Assembly: GCA_028707065.1 (NCBI GenBank)
Contig: JAQTUZ010000003.1
Coordinates: 2,501 to 66,500, forward strand
Direction: 5' to 3'
Source of the DNA: Patescibacteria group bacterium
GTDB taxonomy: Bacteria > Patescibacteriota > Patescibacteriia > Patescibacteriales > WJLG01
DNA: 64,000 nt
Below are positions 8,045-15,852 of this stretch, piece after piece. A program made the translations under genes and the position numbers. The notes beneath the pieces were generated by a model. It was not told the DNA's origin. It saw only the letters and a list, made by a program, of their open reading frames with translations, and did not search any database. Numbering within the stretch: the stretch's first letter is position 1; every line of letters begins with the position of its first letter.

Positions 8045-8809
8045 ATGGAAAAATTCATTAAGCAGATAACAAAAGAAGCGGGCGCTGCTATTCTGAAAAA
8101 ATTTGGGAAAGTGGGCGTTACGCATACAAAAGAAAATGCAGCAGATGTCGTTACCGAAGCTGATTTATTGGCAAATAATATTATTATCAGAGCCATTAAA
8201 AAGAAATATCCATCCCACGCGATAATATCCGAAGAAACAGGCGAACATCAAAACGGCGCTGAATATTGCTGGATTATCGATCCGTTAGACGGTACGCGTA
8301 ATTTCCTTACCAGGACTCCGATGTTCGCGGTAATGATCGGCCTCGCCCATAATGGAAAGATGGAATTAGCCACTATCTATAACCCATGCACGGATGAATT
8401 ATTTTTTGCGAAAAAGGGGGAAGGTACGTTTTTAAATGGAAAAAAGGTTCGTTGCTCACAGCATAAGACATGGGAGAACAGCTGGGGACTTACAAGCGCT
8501 AGAATGTCAAAAAATAACGTAGCTAATTTGCGTAAATTATTAAAGCATTCGGAGAAGGAAGAATTTTGGATGAGCGCTTTGGGATCAGCCGGGGTTAGTG
8601 TTATGTATCAGGCAGATGGCAGAAGAGATTGGCGGGCTTCGCAAGGCGGAGGGTTGTGGGATTACGCCGCTGCTTCGCTAATTCTTGCGGAGGCGGGATG
8701 TAAAGTCACTAATTTTAAAGGCGAGCCCTGGTCTATAAAAGATAGAGAGATTTTGTCGGCGAATAAATATCTTCATTCTAAATTATTGAAGATTATGAAT
8801 TCCGAATAA
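8045..8809 (+). CDS. Inositol monophosphatase family protein
   Basis: IISEETGE and WIIDPLDGTRNF metal-binding motifs of the IMPase/SuhB family. Confidence 0.85.
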   Translation: MEKFIKQITKEAGAAILKKFGKVGVTHTKENAADVVTEADLLANNIIIRAIKKKYPSHAIISEETGEHQNGAEYCWIIDPLDGTRNFLTRTPMFAVMIGLAHNGKMELATIYNPCTDELFFAKKGEGTFLNGKKVRCSQHKTWENSWGLTSARMSKNNVANLRKLLKHSEKEEFWMSALGSAGVSVMYQADGRRDWRASQGGGLWDYAAASLILAEAGCKVTNFKGEPWSIKDREILSANKYLHSKLLKIMNSE

Positions 8810-8823
8810 TTAACGTTAATTTT

Positions 8824-8886
8824 GCCGTGCTAGAGTCCGCTTTGCCTGCCCTGAGCTTGTCGAAAGAGGCGGAGACTGCGCCGGAA
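8824..8886. repeat. GC-rich repeat (module family A2, reverse orientation)
   Basis: ...ccctgagcttgtcgaaagaggcggagactgcgccggaac is paralogous to 9125-9180. Confidence 0.65.
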
Positions 8887-9047
8887 CAAAAGTTTGCAGA
8901 AGGTCTGGTAGCTGGTATTTAGTAGTTGAGTCTTTTTGTCATCCTGAGCGCCGCGCGAAGGATCTATTAAGTAAAAATTGAATTTAGATTTAATTATCTT
9001 ATAACTGCCGTTGGTTGCATTATAAAAAATAATAATGTCAGGAATAG

Positions 9048-9093
9048 ACCCACCCCGTCTCGCGAGGCGCGAGCCACCCCTCCCAAGAGGGGA
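9048..9093. repeat. GC-rich two-hairpin repeat unit (family A, reverse)
   Basis: acccaccccgtctcgcgaggcgcgagccacccctcccaagagggga. Confidence 0.85.
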
Positions 9094-9124
9094 ATAAAAA
9101 AAGTTGAAGAAATAATTAATCTCG

Positions 9125-9180
9125 GCGCAGTTCCGACTTGTCCCGAGCTTGCCGAGGGAGGCGGAGACTGCGACGGAACC
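9125..9180. repeat. GC-rich repeat (module family A2, reverse)
   Basis: gcgcagttccgacttgtcccgagcttgccgagggaggcggagactgcgacggaacc. Its reverse complement shares ccgcctc...ggacaagtcgg with the pgk and metG inserts. Confidence 0.7.
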
Positions 9181-9303
9181 AATCTATCTCCGAGAAATAT
9201 TCTCTCAGGAATGAAATCCTATAATTAAGGCGGTAGAAATTAGGACATAAAGCGATTTATAGTCGCCGCGAGGTGCGACTTCTATGAATGACAAAATAAA
9301 ATT

Positions 9304-9750
9304 ATGAATTTTACAGAAATAATAAATGCTCGCGGAATTGTAGCAAATAAATTCGTCTCCATTGAGGGGTTGGTGGCGGTTATAATCTGCTTGCATTATT
9401 TAAAAAGAGTTGACAATAAATTTATATTAAATGTTTTAAAAAATGAGCTATCGTCCTTTGGTCTTTGTAAAAGTGTTTTAAAATTAATTATTGATAATAA
9501 AAAAAATGGCGACGAACTACAAAATTTAGAAAAATTAAATCGTATTCGTAATATTTTTAGTCATTCTGTTATTAGTGGCGATTCGGGCCAATCGAATGGT
9601 GATATTATGAATGCTAGTTTCGTTAATCATAAAGACTTGGATAAAAAAATTAATGCCGAAGAAATGCTTAAGGAATTTAATTCTTTATACGATTCAACTA
9701 TTGAGTGGTTAATGAAAATTTTCGAAGAAAAAGGAGGTAATTTTAAATAA
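9304..9750 (+). CDS. Hypothetical protein (148 aa) with an RNxxxH motif; possible minimal HEPN-like domain
   Basis: AT-rich orphan ORF. LEKLNRIRNIFSHS contains R-N-x3-H, the Rx4-6H signature of HEPN RNases. The sequence looks all-helical by eye. Confidence 0.55.
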   Translation: MNFTEIINARGIVANKFVSIEGLVAVIICLHYLKRVDNKFILNVLKNELSSFGLCKSVLKLIIDNKKNGDELQNLEKLNRIRNIFSHSVISGDSGQSNGDIMNASFVNHKDLDKKINAEEMLKEFNSLYDSTIEWLMKIFEEKGGNFK

Positions 9751-9782
9751 TTTATAATTCATAATTTATAATTTGTAATTGA

Positions 9783-11384
9783 ATGTCCAAGTTTTATATC
9801 ACCACCACCCTTCCTTACGTCAATGCCGAGCCGCATATCGGGTTTGCGGCGGAGATTATCAAGGCGGATTGTTTAGCCAGATGGCACACGTTGCTGGGCG
9901 ACGAGGTATTCTTTAATACCGGTACCGATGAGCACGGGCAGAAGATCTATGAGAAGGCCAAAGAGGCTGGCATTGATCCGCAAACTTATTGCGATGAATA
10001 TGCGGCAAAATTCCGCAGCTTGAAAGAGCTGTTGAATTTAAGCGTGACTAATTTTATCAGGACGACCGATGAAAAACATATCAAAGCGGCGCAGGCTTTT
10101 TGGAAGCTCTGCGAGGCTAACGGTGATATTTATAAAAAGGATTACAAGATTAAATATTGCGTGGGCTGCGAGCTGGAAAAAACCGATTCGGAATTGGTAA
10201 ACGGCTGCTGCCCGTTACATCCGAACAAAGCTTTGGAAGAAATAAACGAAGAAAATTATTTCTTTAAATTTTCAAAATATCAACAACCGCTTTTGGATTT
10301 GTATAAAAATAATCCTGATTTTGTGAAGCCGGAAGAACGCGCTAATGAGATCAAGTCTTTTGTGGAAAGGGGATTGCAGGATTTTTCTATCTCCCGCCTG
10401 GCCACGAAAATGCCTTGGGGGATTCCGGTGCCGGGCGATGAGACGCAAGTGATGTACGTCTGGTTTGATGCGTTGGTTAATTATATAAGTTGTCTCGGAT
10501 GGCCGGATACAAACCACCCCCAGACCCCTCCTTCGGAAGGAGGGGGGCTGACACACCCCGCCTCGCCGGGCTCGGCACCCCTCTCGAGAGGGGACTTTGA
10601 CACACCCCGCCCTTCCACCCAAGGCGGACAAGTCGGCACCCCTCTTGATAGAGGGGACTTATTTAGTGAGTATTGGCCAGGATTACAGGTTTGCGGCAAG
10701 GATAATTTAAGGCAGCAGACCGCAATGTGGCAGGCAATGTTAATGTCGGCGGGATTGCCTAATTCCAAACAGGTTTTGGTTTTTGGTTTTATTACCGTGA
10801 ACGGACAAAAAATGTCTAAGTCGTTGGGGAATGTTGTTAATCCAGCAGAGATGGTGGTGAAATACGGACTTGATGCGACAAGATATTATCTTTTGAAAGA
10901 GATCAAACCTTTCGCTGATAGTGATTTTTCCTGGGAAAAGATGAATTTACTTTATACGGCCGACTTGGCCAACGGCATTGGAAATTTAGCCGCGCGTGTT
11001 TCAACTCTGCTCGAAAAAAATCAGATCGAAACTGTTTTGCTTACACCAACCATAACACACCCCGTCCGCCCAGGGGGCGTCCACCCCTCTCAAGAGGGGA
11101 CTTTTGCCGCATTCGCGGAGAAGATGGAACAATATGCCTTTGACGAAGCTTTGGGAGTATTATGGAAAAAAATTGCCGAGTGCGACGTAACCCTCACCGA
11201 AAAAAAGCCTTGGAAAATGGAAGACAAGGCGGAAATTAAAAAAGTCCTCGAGCCGATCGCCCAGGAAATATTGAATATTGCTTATTTACTGGCGCCTTTT
11301 ATGCCGGAAACTTCGGAAAAAATTATCAAGCAATATTCGGAAACGCAAATTAAAAAAAGCGATTCGTTATTCCCCAGAATCTAA
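9783..11384 (+). CDS. metG: Methionyl-tRNA synthetase, carrying in-frame repeat insertions
   Basis: TTTLPYVNAEPHIGFA (HIGH region), KMSKSLGN (KMSKS), and the anticodon-domain tail. Confidence 0.95.
   Translation: MSKFYITTTLPYVNAEPHIGFAAEIIKADCLARWHTLLGDEVFFNTGTDEHGQKIYEKAKEAGIDPQTYCDEYAAKFRSLKELLNLSVTNFIRTTDEKHIKAAQAFWKLCEANGDIYKKDYKIKYCVGCELEKTDSELVNGCCPLHPNKALEEINEENYFFKFSKYQQPLLDLYKNNPDFVKPEERANEIKSFVERGLQDFSISRLATKMPWGIPVPGDETQVMYVWFDALVNYISCLGWPDTNHPQTPPSEGGGLTHPASPGSAPLSRGDFDTPRPSTQGGQVGTPLDRGDLFSEYWPGLQVCGKDNLRQQTAMWQAMLMSAGLPNSKQVLVFGFITVNGQKMSKSLGNVVNPAEMVVKYGLDATRYYLLKEIKPFADSDFSWEKMNLLYTADLANGIGNLAARVSTLLEKNQIETVLLTPTITHPVRPGGVHPSQEGTFAAFAEKMEQYAFDEALGVLWKKIAECDVTLTEKKPWKMEDKAEIKKVLEPIAQEILNIAYLLAPFMPETSEKIIKQYSETQIKKSDSLFPRI
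10507..10662. repeat. Three stacked family-A/A2 repeat units inside the metG reading frame
   Basis: acacaccccgcctcgccgggctcggcacccctctcgagaggggactt, then acacaccccgcccttccacccaaggcggacaagtcggcacccctcttgatagaggggactt, preceded by a partial unit. Confidence 0.85.
11055..11104. repeat. Single family-A repeat unit inside the metG reading frame
   Basis: acacaccccgtccgcccagggggcgtccacccctctcaagaggggactt. Confidence 0.85.
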
Positions 11385-11518
11385 GCGCCCCCTCCCGCCA
11401 CCCCCGGCCATTCCTCAGACAGGAGGGGAGGCTGATCATAATTGTTATTAGCCGGGATTATTGATATAATTATAAGCAGTTAAAATAAATAATTTATTCA
11501 TCTAAGTGATAAAAAAAT

Positions 11519-12745
11519 ATGAAAAAACTTTTTTTAGACGGTTTACTGGTCGCTGTTTTGGCGGTTTTTTCATTGGCGATTTGCGGCAACCGCGCTTTAG
11601 CGCAAGATAATTATGAAATAGCTTCGGCAACCACCACTCCGGCGGCTATTAATTTATACAACACGGACAATCCGGCCGTGGTGGGATGGAACGCGACAGG
11701 TACGGACAACCAAGGATTCAAGGTTGTCTGGTCAAAAAATGCCAACCCGACTTATCCCATCCGCTATGGCGATCACGTTGATAATATTCCCAGCGCCAGC
11801 GCGCATACTGATACTTTAACCGCCTTTTTGGGCAATGGAACTTATTTTGTGCGGGTTTGCAATCTGGTCAGCAATACTTGCGGAGTTTATTCCAATCAGA
11901 TCACGGTTCAATTCGGCGTGCCCGCAATCCCGGCCACTTCCACGACTCCGGTCGCCACTTCCACGCCGGTGGCGTGCAATATGATCTATGCTCCGGTTTG
12001 CGGCGCGGACGGACAGACTTATACTAACAGTTGTTTTGCCGATGCGCATAAGGTGACGGTTAAATCTAACGGCGCTTGCCCGGCCGTGGCGACGACGACG
12101 CCGGTTATTGCCACCACCACCCCGGTTTTATCGCCGGTTTCGGACATCGACAAGATCAATCAAAGCGCCGAGGATCTTTATCAAAATAAGATCGGCAATA
12201 TTTTGGGCCGGCTCGATACGGCGGTCGATCAGGCCAAGGAACAACAGGCGCAAAATAATTATTTGACCAAGCTGGAGCAGGGATTGGCCCAGCCGATCTC
12301 CGCGGCGAGCGCCAACTCGGTCACCGCTTTTATCGCTTACGGGGTTGATGCTAATACGCAACTTCTTGGCTCGGGACAGCGCGCGGCAGCGGTTTATTCT
12401 TTCAAGCAAGCTTATGGCAAATTGCCGACCGCTCAAGCTGATTTTGCCGATCTCATCAAGATCGCCAATGGCCGCTGGCCGTCAGTGACTTCCGCAACTG
12501 CCGAAGCGCTGGCCAAGGCGCAATTCAAGAAAATTTATCTGCGCGATGCCGATCTGAATAATCCGCATGACGCGGCCGCGATCGTGATAATCGCTTACGG
12601 TTTGCAGCAGCAGGCGAAAAACAGGAATCTAAAATCAGAAGCGGCGGCCCTGCATACTTTTAAAGCGATCTTCAATCGCTTGCCCTCGGGCACGGTTGAT
12701 TGGAATACTTTGGGAGCCATAACTTATTCAGGATCAACGAGATAA
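11519..12745 (+). CDS. Secreted protein with a Kazal-type domain
   Basis: Signal peptide (LLVAVLAVFSLAICGNRALA). CNMIYAPVCGADGQTYTNSCFADAHKVTVKSNGAC matches the Kazal C-x-PVCG-x-G-x-TY-x-N-x-C pattern. Confidence 0.75.
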   Translation: MKKLFLDGLLVAVLAVFSLAICGNRALAQDNYEIASATTTPAAINLYNTDNPAVVGWNATGTDNQGFKVVWSKNANPTYPIRYGDHVDNIPSASAHTDTLTAFLGNGTYFVRVCNLVSNTCGVYSNQITVQFGVPAIPATSTTPVATSTPVACNMIYAPVCGADGQTYTNSCFADAHKVTVKSNGACPAVATTTPVIATTTPVLSPVSDIDKINQSAEDLYQNKIGNILGRLDTAVDQAKEQQAQNNYLTKLEQGLAQPISAASANSVTAFIAYGVDANTQLLGSGQRAAAVYSFKQAYGKLPTAQADFADLIKIANGRWPSVTSATAEALAKAQFKKIYLRDADLNNPHDAAAIVIIAYGLQQQAKNRNLKSEAAALHTFKAIFNRLPSGTVDWNTLGAITYSGSTR

Positions 12746-12764
12746 TTTTTAATTTTAATATAGC

Positions 12765-13280
12765 ATGTCTAATTTTGACATTATTTTGATCGCGATGCTG
12801 GCCATCTGCGCTTTGCGCGGCTTGACCACCGGTCTGATCAAAGCCGTGGGCGCGTTCCTGGGGATTATCGGCGGCGCTTTTTTTGCCAGCCATTTTTATC
12901 TGGTTTTATTCGCGGCGACGCAAAAATGGTATGGCGGCTACGACAACATCGGCAAAGTCGTTTCTTTTATTATTATCTTCGTGGTCCTGGCCTGGGCGAT
13001 CCATATTCTGTTCATTGTTTTGGATAAGACTTATAATCTGCTCTCGATCATTCCGTTCATGAAATCGATCAATCGCCTGGCGGGCGGAATTCTCGGGCTA
13101 TTGGTCGGGGCGATCATCCTCGGCTTATTGATCTATGTCGTGGCGAAATACGCGCCGGCCGGAACCATGGTCGGCAACTGGCTCTTGACTTCGAAGGTGG
13201 CCCCCTGGCTCTTGGGAATAGCAAAAATTTTAATGCCGTTGCTTTCGGGAAGTTTGAAAAGTATTGAGTCGATAATTTAA
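12765..13280 (+). CDS. CvpA-family membrane protein
   Basis: The opening FDIILIAMLAICALRGLTTGLIK and four TM helices are typical of colicin V production protein homologs. Confidence 0.7.
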   Translation: MSNFDIILIAMLAICALRGLTTGLIKAVGAFLGIIGGAFFASHFYLVLFAATQKWYGGYDNIGKVVSFIIIFVVLAWAIHILFIVLDKTYNLLSIIPFMKSINRLAGGILGLLVGAIILGLLIYVVAKYAPAGTMVGNWLLTSKVAPWLLGIAKILMPLLSGSLKSIESII

Positions 13281-13283
13281 TTG

Positions 13284-13405
13284 GAAACCCACCCCGCCTC
13301 GCTCACGCTCGGCACCCCTCCCGGGGAGGGGAATAAAATGGAAACCCACCCCCAACTTCGCTCCGCCGAACGGAGCTACGATGGACAAGCCGGGGAAGGG
13401 GATAA
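13284..13405. repeat. Two tandem GC-rich repeat units (family A, then A2)
   Basis: aaacccaccccgcctcgctcacgctcggcacccctcccggggaggggaat, then aaacccacccccaacttcgctccgccgaacggagctacgatggacaagccggggaagggga. Confidence 0.8.
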
Positions 13406-13409
13406 AAAT

Positions 13410-14000
13410 GTGAAAATTATTAAAATTAATCGCCATAAAGTTTCCGCGCAAGAAATCGGCCTAATCGTCGATTTTTTGAAAAAGGGAAAAACGATCGTTT
13501 ACCCGACCGACACGATCTACGGTCTGGGTTGTTCGGCGACCGATAAAAAGGCAATTGACAAAATTCGCCGGATGAAAAAAAGGGACAAGAATAAACCGTT
13601 TTTGATTTTGATTGCCGATTTTAAAATGGTACATAAATATTTTAAAGTGGATAAAAAACAGGCAAGTTATTTGCGGAAAATTTGGCCGGGAAAAGTATCG
13701 GTAATTTTAAATAAAAAATCAGCGTTGCCCGGCTATGTTTCCGCGGGTTTGGCCAGCGCGGCGGTGCGTTTGCCAAAGAGCGAATTTCTTACTAAAATGA
13801 TTAAAGAACTAAAGCAACCGATCGTTTCCACCAGTTTGAATAAAAGCGGTCAGCTGCATCTTGTCCGAGTCGCGGATTTAACCAATTATTTTACCGTGAC
13901 CAAACCGGATTTGATCGTCGATGCCGGCACGATCAATGGCAAACCTTCGAAATTGATCGACTTAAGGGATGCGGCTAAAATAAAAGTTTTGAGAAAATAA
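13410..14000 (+). CDS. tsaC: L-threonylcarbamoyladenylate synthase (TsaC/YrdC family)
   Basis: IVYPTDTIYGLGCSATDKKAIDKIRRMKKRDKNKPFLIL is the YrdC signature. The GTG at 13410 is preferred because the in-frame upstream 129 nt (from TTG 13281) is entirely repeat sequence. Confidence 0.85.
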   Translation: MKIIKINRHKVSAQEIGLIVDFLKKGKTIVYPTDTIYGLGCSATDKKAIDKIRRMKKRDKNKPFLILIADFKMVHKYFKVDKKQASYLRKIWPGKVSVILNKKSALPGYVSAGLASAAVRLPKSEFLTKMIKELKQPIVSTSLNKSGQLHLVRVADLTNYFTVTKPDLIVDAGTINGKPSKLIDLRDAAKIKVLRK

Positions 14001-14055
14001 TCAATTAGTAAATTACGGGCGCTGATAAGTTTTTCATCAGTCCCTGACCGGATTA

Positions 14056-15396
14056 ATGTTCAATTTTTTAAAATTTTTCCAAAAAAAGCAAAGAGAAGGG
14101 GAACTGGCCGCCAGGCATCATTTTGTCCGCCAGGCGATACTGGTTGTTTTGGTTATAATTTTATTATTTGTTTCTTTCGCCGCCGGAATGTACGCCACCG
14201 GCAAGAATAAACTGATCGCCGTTTTGGCCAGCAAAGAAACCGTTTATCTGGGCAAGATCACCGGCAAATATCAGCAAGATACGGGCGGGCGCTTGTCGCA
14301 GGATATTGATTTTAATTTGTATTGGGAAGTTTGGGATGCCTTAAAAGCCAGATATGTCGATAAGGACAAGCTCAATGAAAAGGAAATGTTTTACGGTTCC
14401 TTGCGCGGCTTGGCCGCGTCATTGGGCGATCCTTATACCGTGTTTTTCGACCCTAAGGATTCGCAAACTTTTGCCAATGATCTGTCCGGAACTTTCGAAG
14501 GCATCGGCGCCGAAGTCGGCTTGCGCAATGACGCGATCACCATTATCGCGCCGCTCTCGGGAATGCCGGCGGAAAAAGCCGGCATCAAGGCCGGCGATAC
14601 GATCATTGCCATTAATGGTTCTTCAACTTTGAATATGACGATCGATCGGGCGGTGGAAAGGATCCGCGGCCCCAAGGGAACAAGGGTGACGCTGACGATT
14701 TTCCGCCAGGGATTCAAGGAAACCAAGGATATTTCGATCATCCGCGACGTCATTTATGTCAAAAGCGTGAAGACCGAATTCAGATCGGATAAAATTTTTG
14801 TCATCACTGTTTCCAATTTCAATGAAGACACCGCCGGTCTTTTTGAGAACGCCGTGCAAGAAGCGGTTAAGGACAAGCCGAAAGGCTTGGTTGTTGATTT
14901 GCGCAATAATCCCGGCGGCTTTTTGGATTCGGCGATCAGCCTGGCCTCCGAGTGGGTGCCTTCGGGCAAGCTGGTGGTGAGCGAAAAATCGACCGATCCG
15001 GCCGAGAATGGCCAATATGATTCTTCGGGCATCCAGCATTTGCGCGATTATCCCACGGTCGTTCTGGTCAACGGCGGATCGGCTTCGGCCTCGGAAATAT
15101 TAGCCGGCGCGCTTAAGGATTACGGTTTGGCTAAAGTTGTGGGCGAAAAAACTTACGGCAAAGGTTCGGTGCAGGCCCTGGAATCCTTGAGCGATGGTTC
15201 GATGATCAAGATCACCGTGGCCAAATGGTACACGCCCAACGGCTATTCGATCGATGAGCAGGGGATTACGCCTGATATCACGGCCACCACTTCCGAAGCG
15301 GCCTTTAACGCCGGTAAAGACCCGCAATTAGACACAGCGGTTAATATTTTACTGGGTAAAAGCACTTCCACGCCGGGTACGGCAACCAAAAAATAA
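14056..15396 (+). CDS. S41-family C-terminal processing peptidase with PDZ domain
   Basis: N-terminal TM segment, PDZ domain (GIKAGDTIIAINGSS), LRNNPGG, and GGSASASEILAGAL containing the catalytic Ser. Confidence 0.9.
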   Translation: MFNFLKFFQKKQREGELAARHHFVRQAILVVLVIILLFVSFAAGMYATGKNKLIAVLASKETVYLGKITGKYQQDTGGRLSQDIDFNLYWEVWDALKARYVDKDKLNEKEMFYGSLRGLAASLGDPYTVFFDPKDSQTFANDLSGTFEGIGAEVGLRNDAITIIAPLSGMPAEKAGIKAGDTIIAINGSSTLNMTIDRAVERIRGPKGTRVTLTIFRQGFKETKDISIIRDVIYVKSVKTEFRSDKIFVITVSNFNEDTAGLFENAVQEAVKDKPKGLVVDLRNNPGGFLDSAISLASEWVPSGKLVVSEKSTDPAENGQYDSSGIQHLRDYPTVVLVNGGSASASEILAGALKDYGLAKVVGEKTYGKGSVQALESLSDGSMIKITVAKWYTPNGYSIDEQGITPDITATTSEAAFNAGKDPQLDTAVNILLGKSTSTPGTATKK

Positions 15397-15397
15397 A

Positions 15398-15851
15398 TTA
15401 GTTGATTAGTTAATTGGTTAATTAGTTTTTATGGGGAGGGGCTTAGAAAAATTAAAGATATACAGACTGTCGGTTCGCTTAGAAATTTTTGTTCACCGCG
15501 TAGTTAATGAAAAATTTCCCGAGGAAGAAAAATATCGCAGCTCTGACCAATTAAAAAGATCGTCATCTTCTTCGTCTGACAATATCGCTGAAAGCTACGG
15601 CAAATTTTCTTTTGGCGCTAAAATAAATCATTTATACATTGCGAGGGGAGAAATGGCGGAAACGAAAAGCGGAATTGAAAGAGCGTATTTAAAAGGTTTC
15701 ATTTCCGAAGAATTGGCAGAATTCACGGTCAATAAATATACGGAACTAATTAAGCAAACCAATTGCTATATCAATTTTTTAAAACATAAAAAAATTAAAT
15801 AGTTGAACTGGTTTATTCTAAAACTAATTAACCAATTAACTAATTAACTAA
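15398..15851. mobile_element. Compact cassette: a four-helix-bundle gene bracketed by 30-bp inverted repeats
   Basis: IR-L at 15398-15427 is ttagttgattagttaattggttaattagtt. The reverse complement of IR-R at 15822-15851 is ttagttaattagttaattggttaattagtt (29/30 identical). The cassette starts 2 nt after the ctp stop and ends 1 nt before the pyrG ATG. Confidence 0.55.
15431..15802 (+). CDS. Four-helix-bundle protein (23S rRNA intervening-sequence protein / Avd-like family)
   Basis: LKIYRLSVRLEIFVHRV, QLKRSSSSSSDNIAESYG and YIARGEMAETKSGIERA follow the pattern of the family often annotated S23 ribosomal / four helix bundle protein. Confidence 0.8.
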   Translation: MGRGLEKLKIYRLSVRLEIFVHRVVNEKFPEEEKYRSSDQLKRSSSSSSDNIAESYGKFSFGAKINHLYIARGEMAETKSGIERAYLKGFISEELAEFTVNKYTELIKQTNCYINFLKHKKIK

Positions 15852-15852
15852 C

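Noticed and set aside
15431-15802. Four-helix-bundle gene as the Avd component of a diversity-generating retroelement
   Set aside because: There is no reverse transcriptase gene and no template/variable repeat pair anywhere in the window. The idea is retained only as context in the cassette finding.
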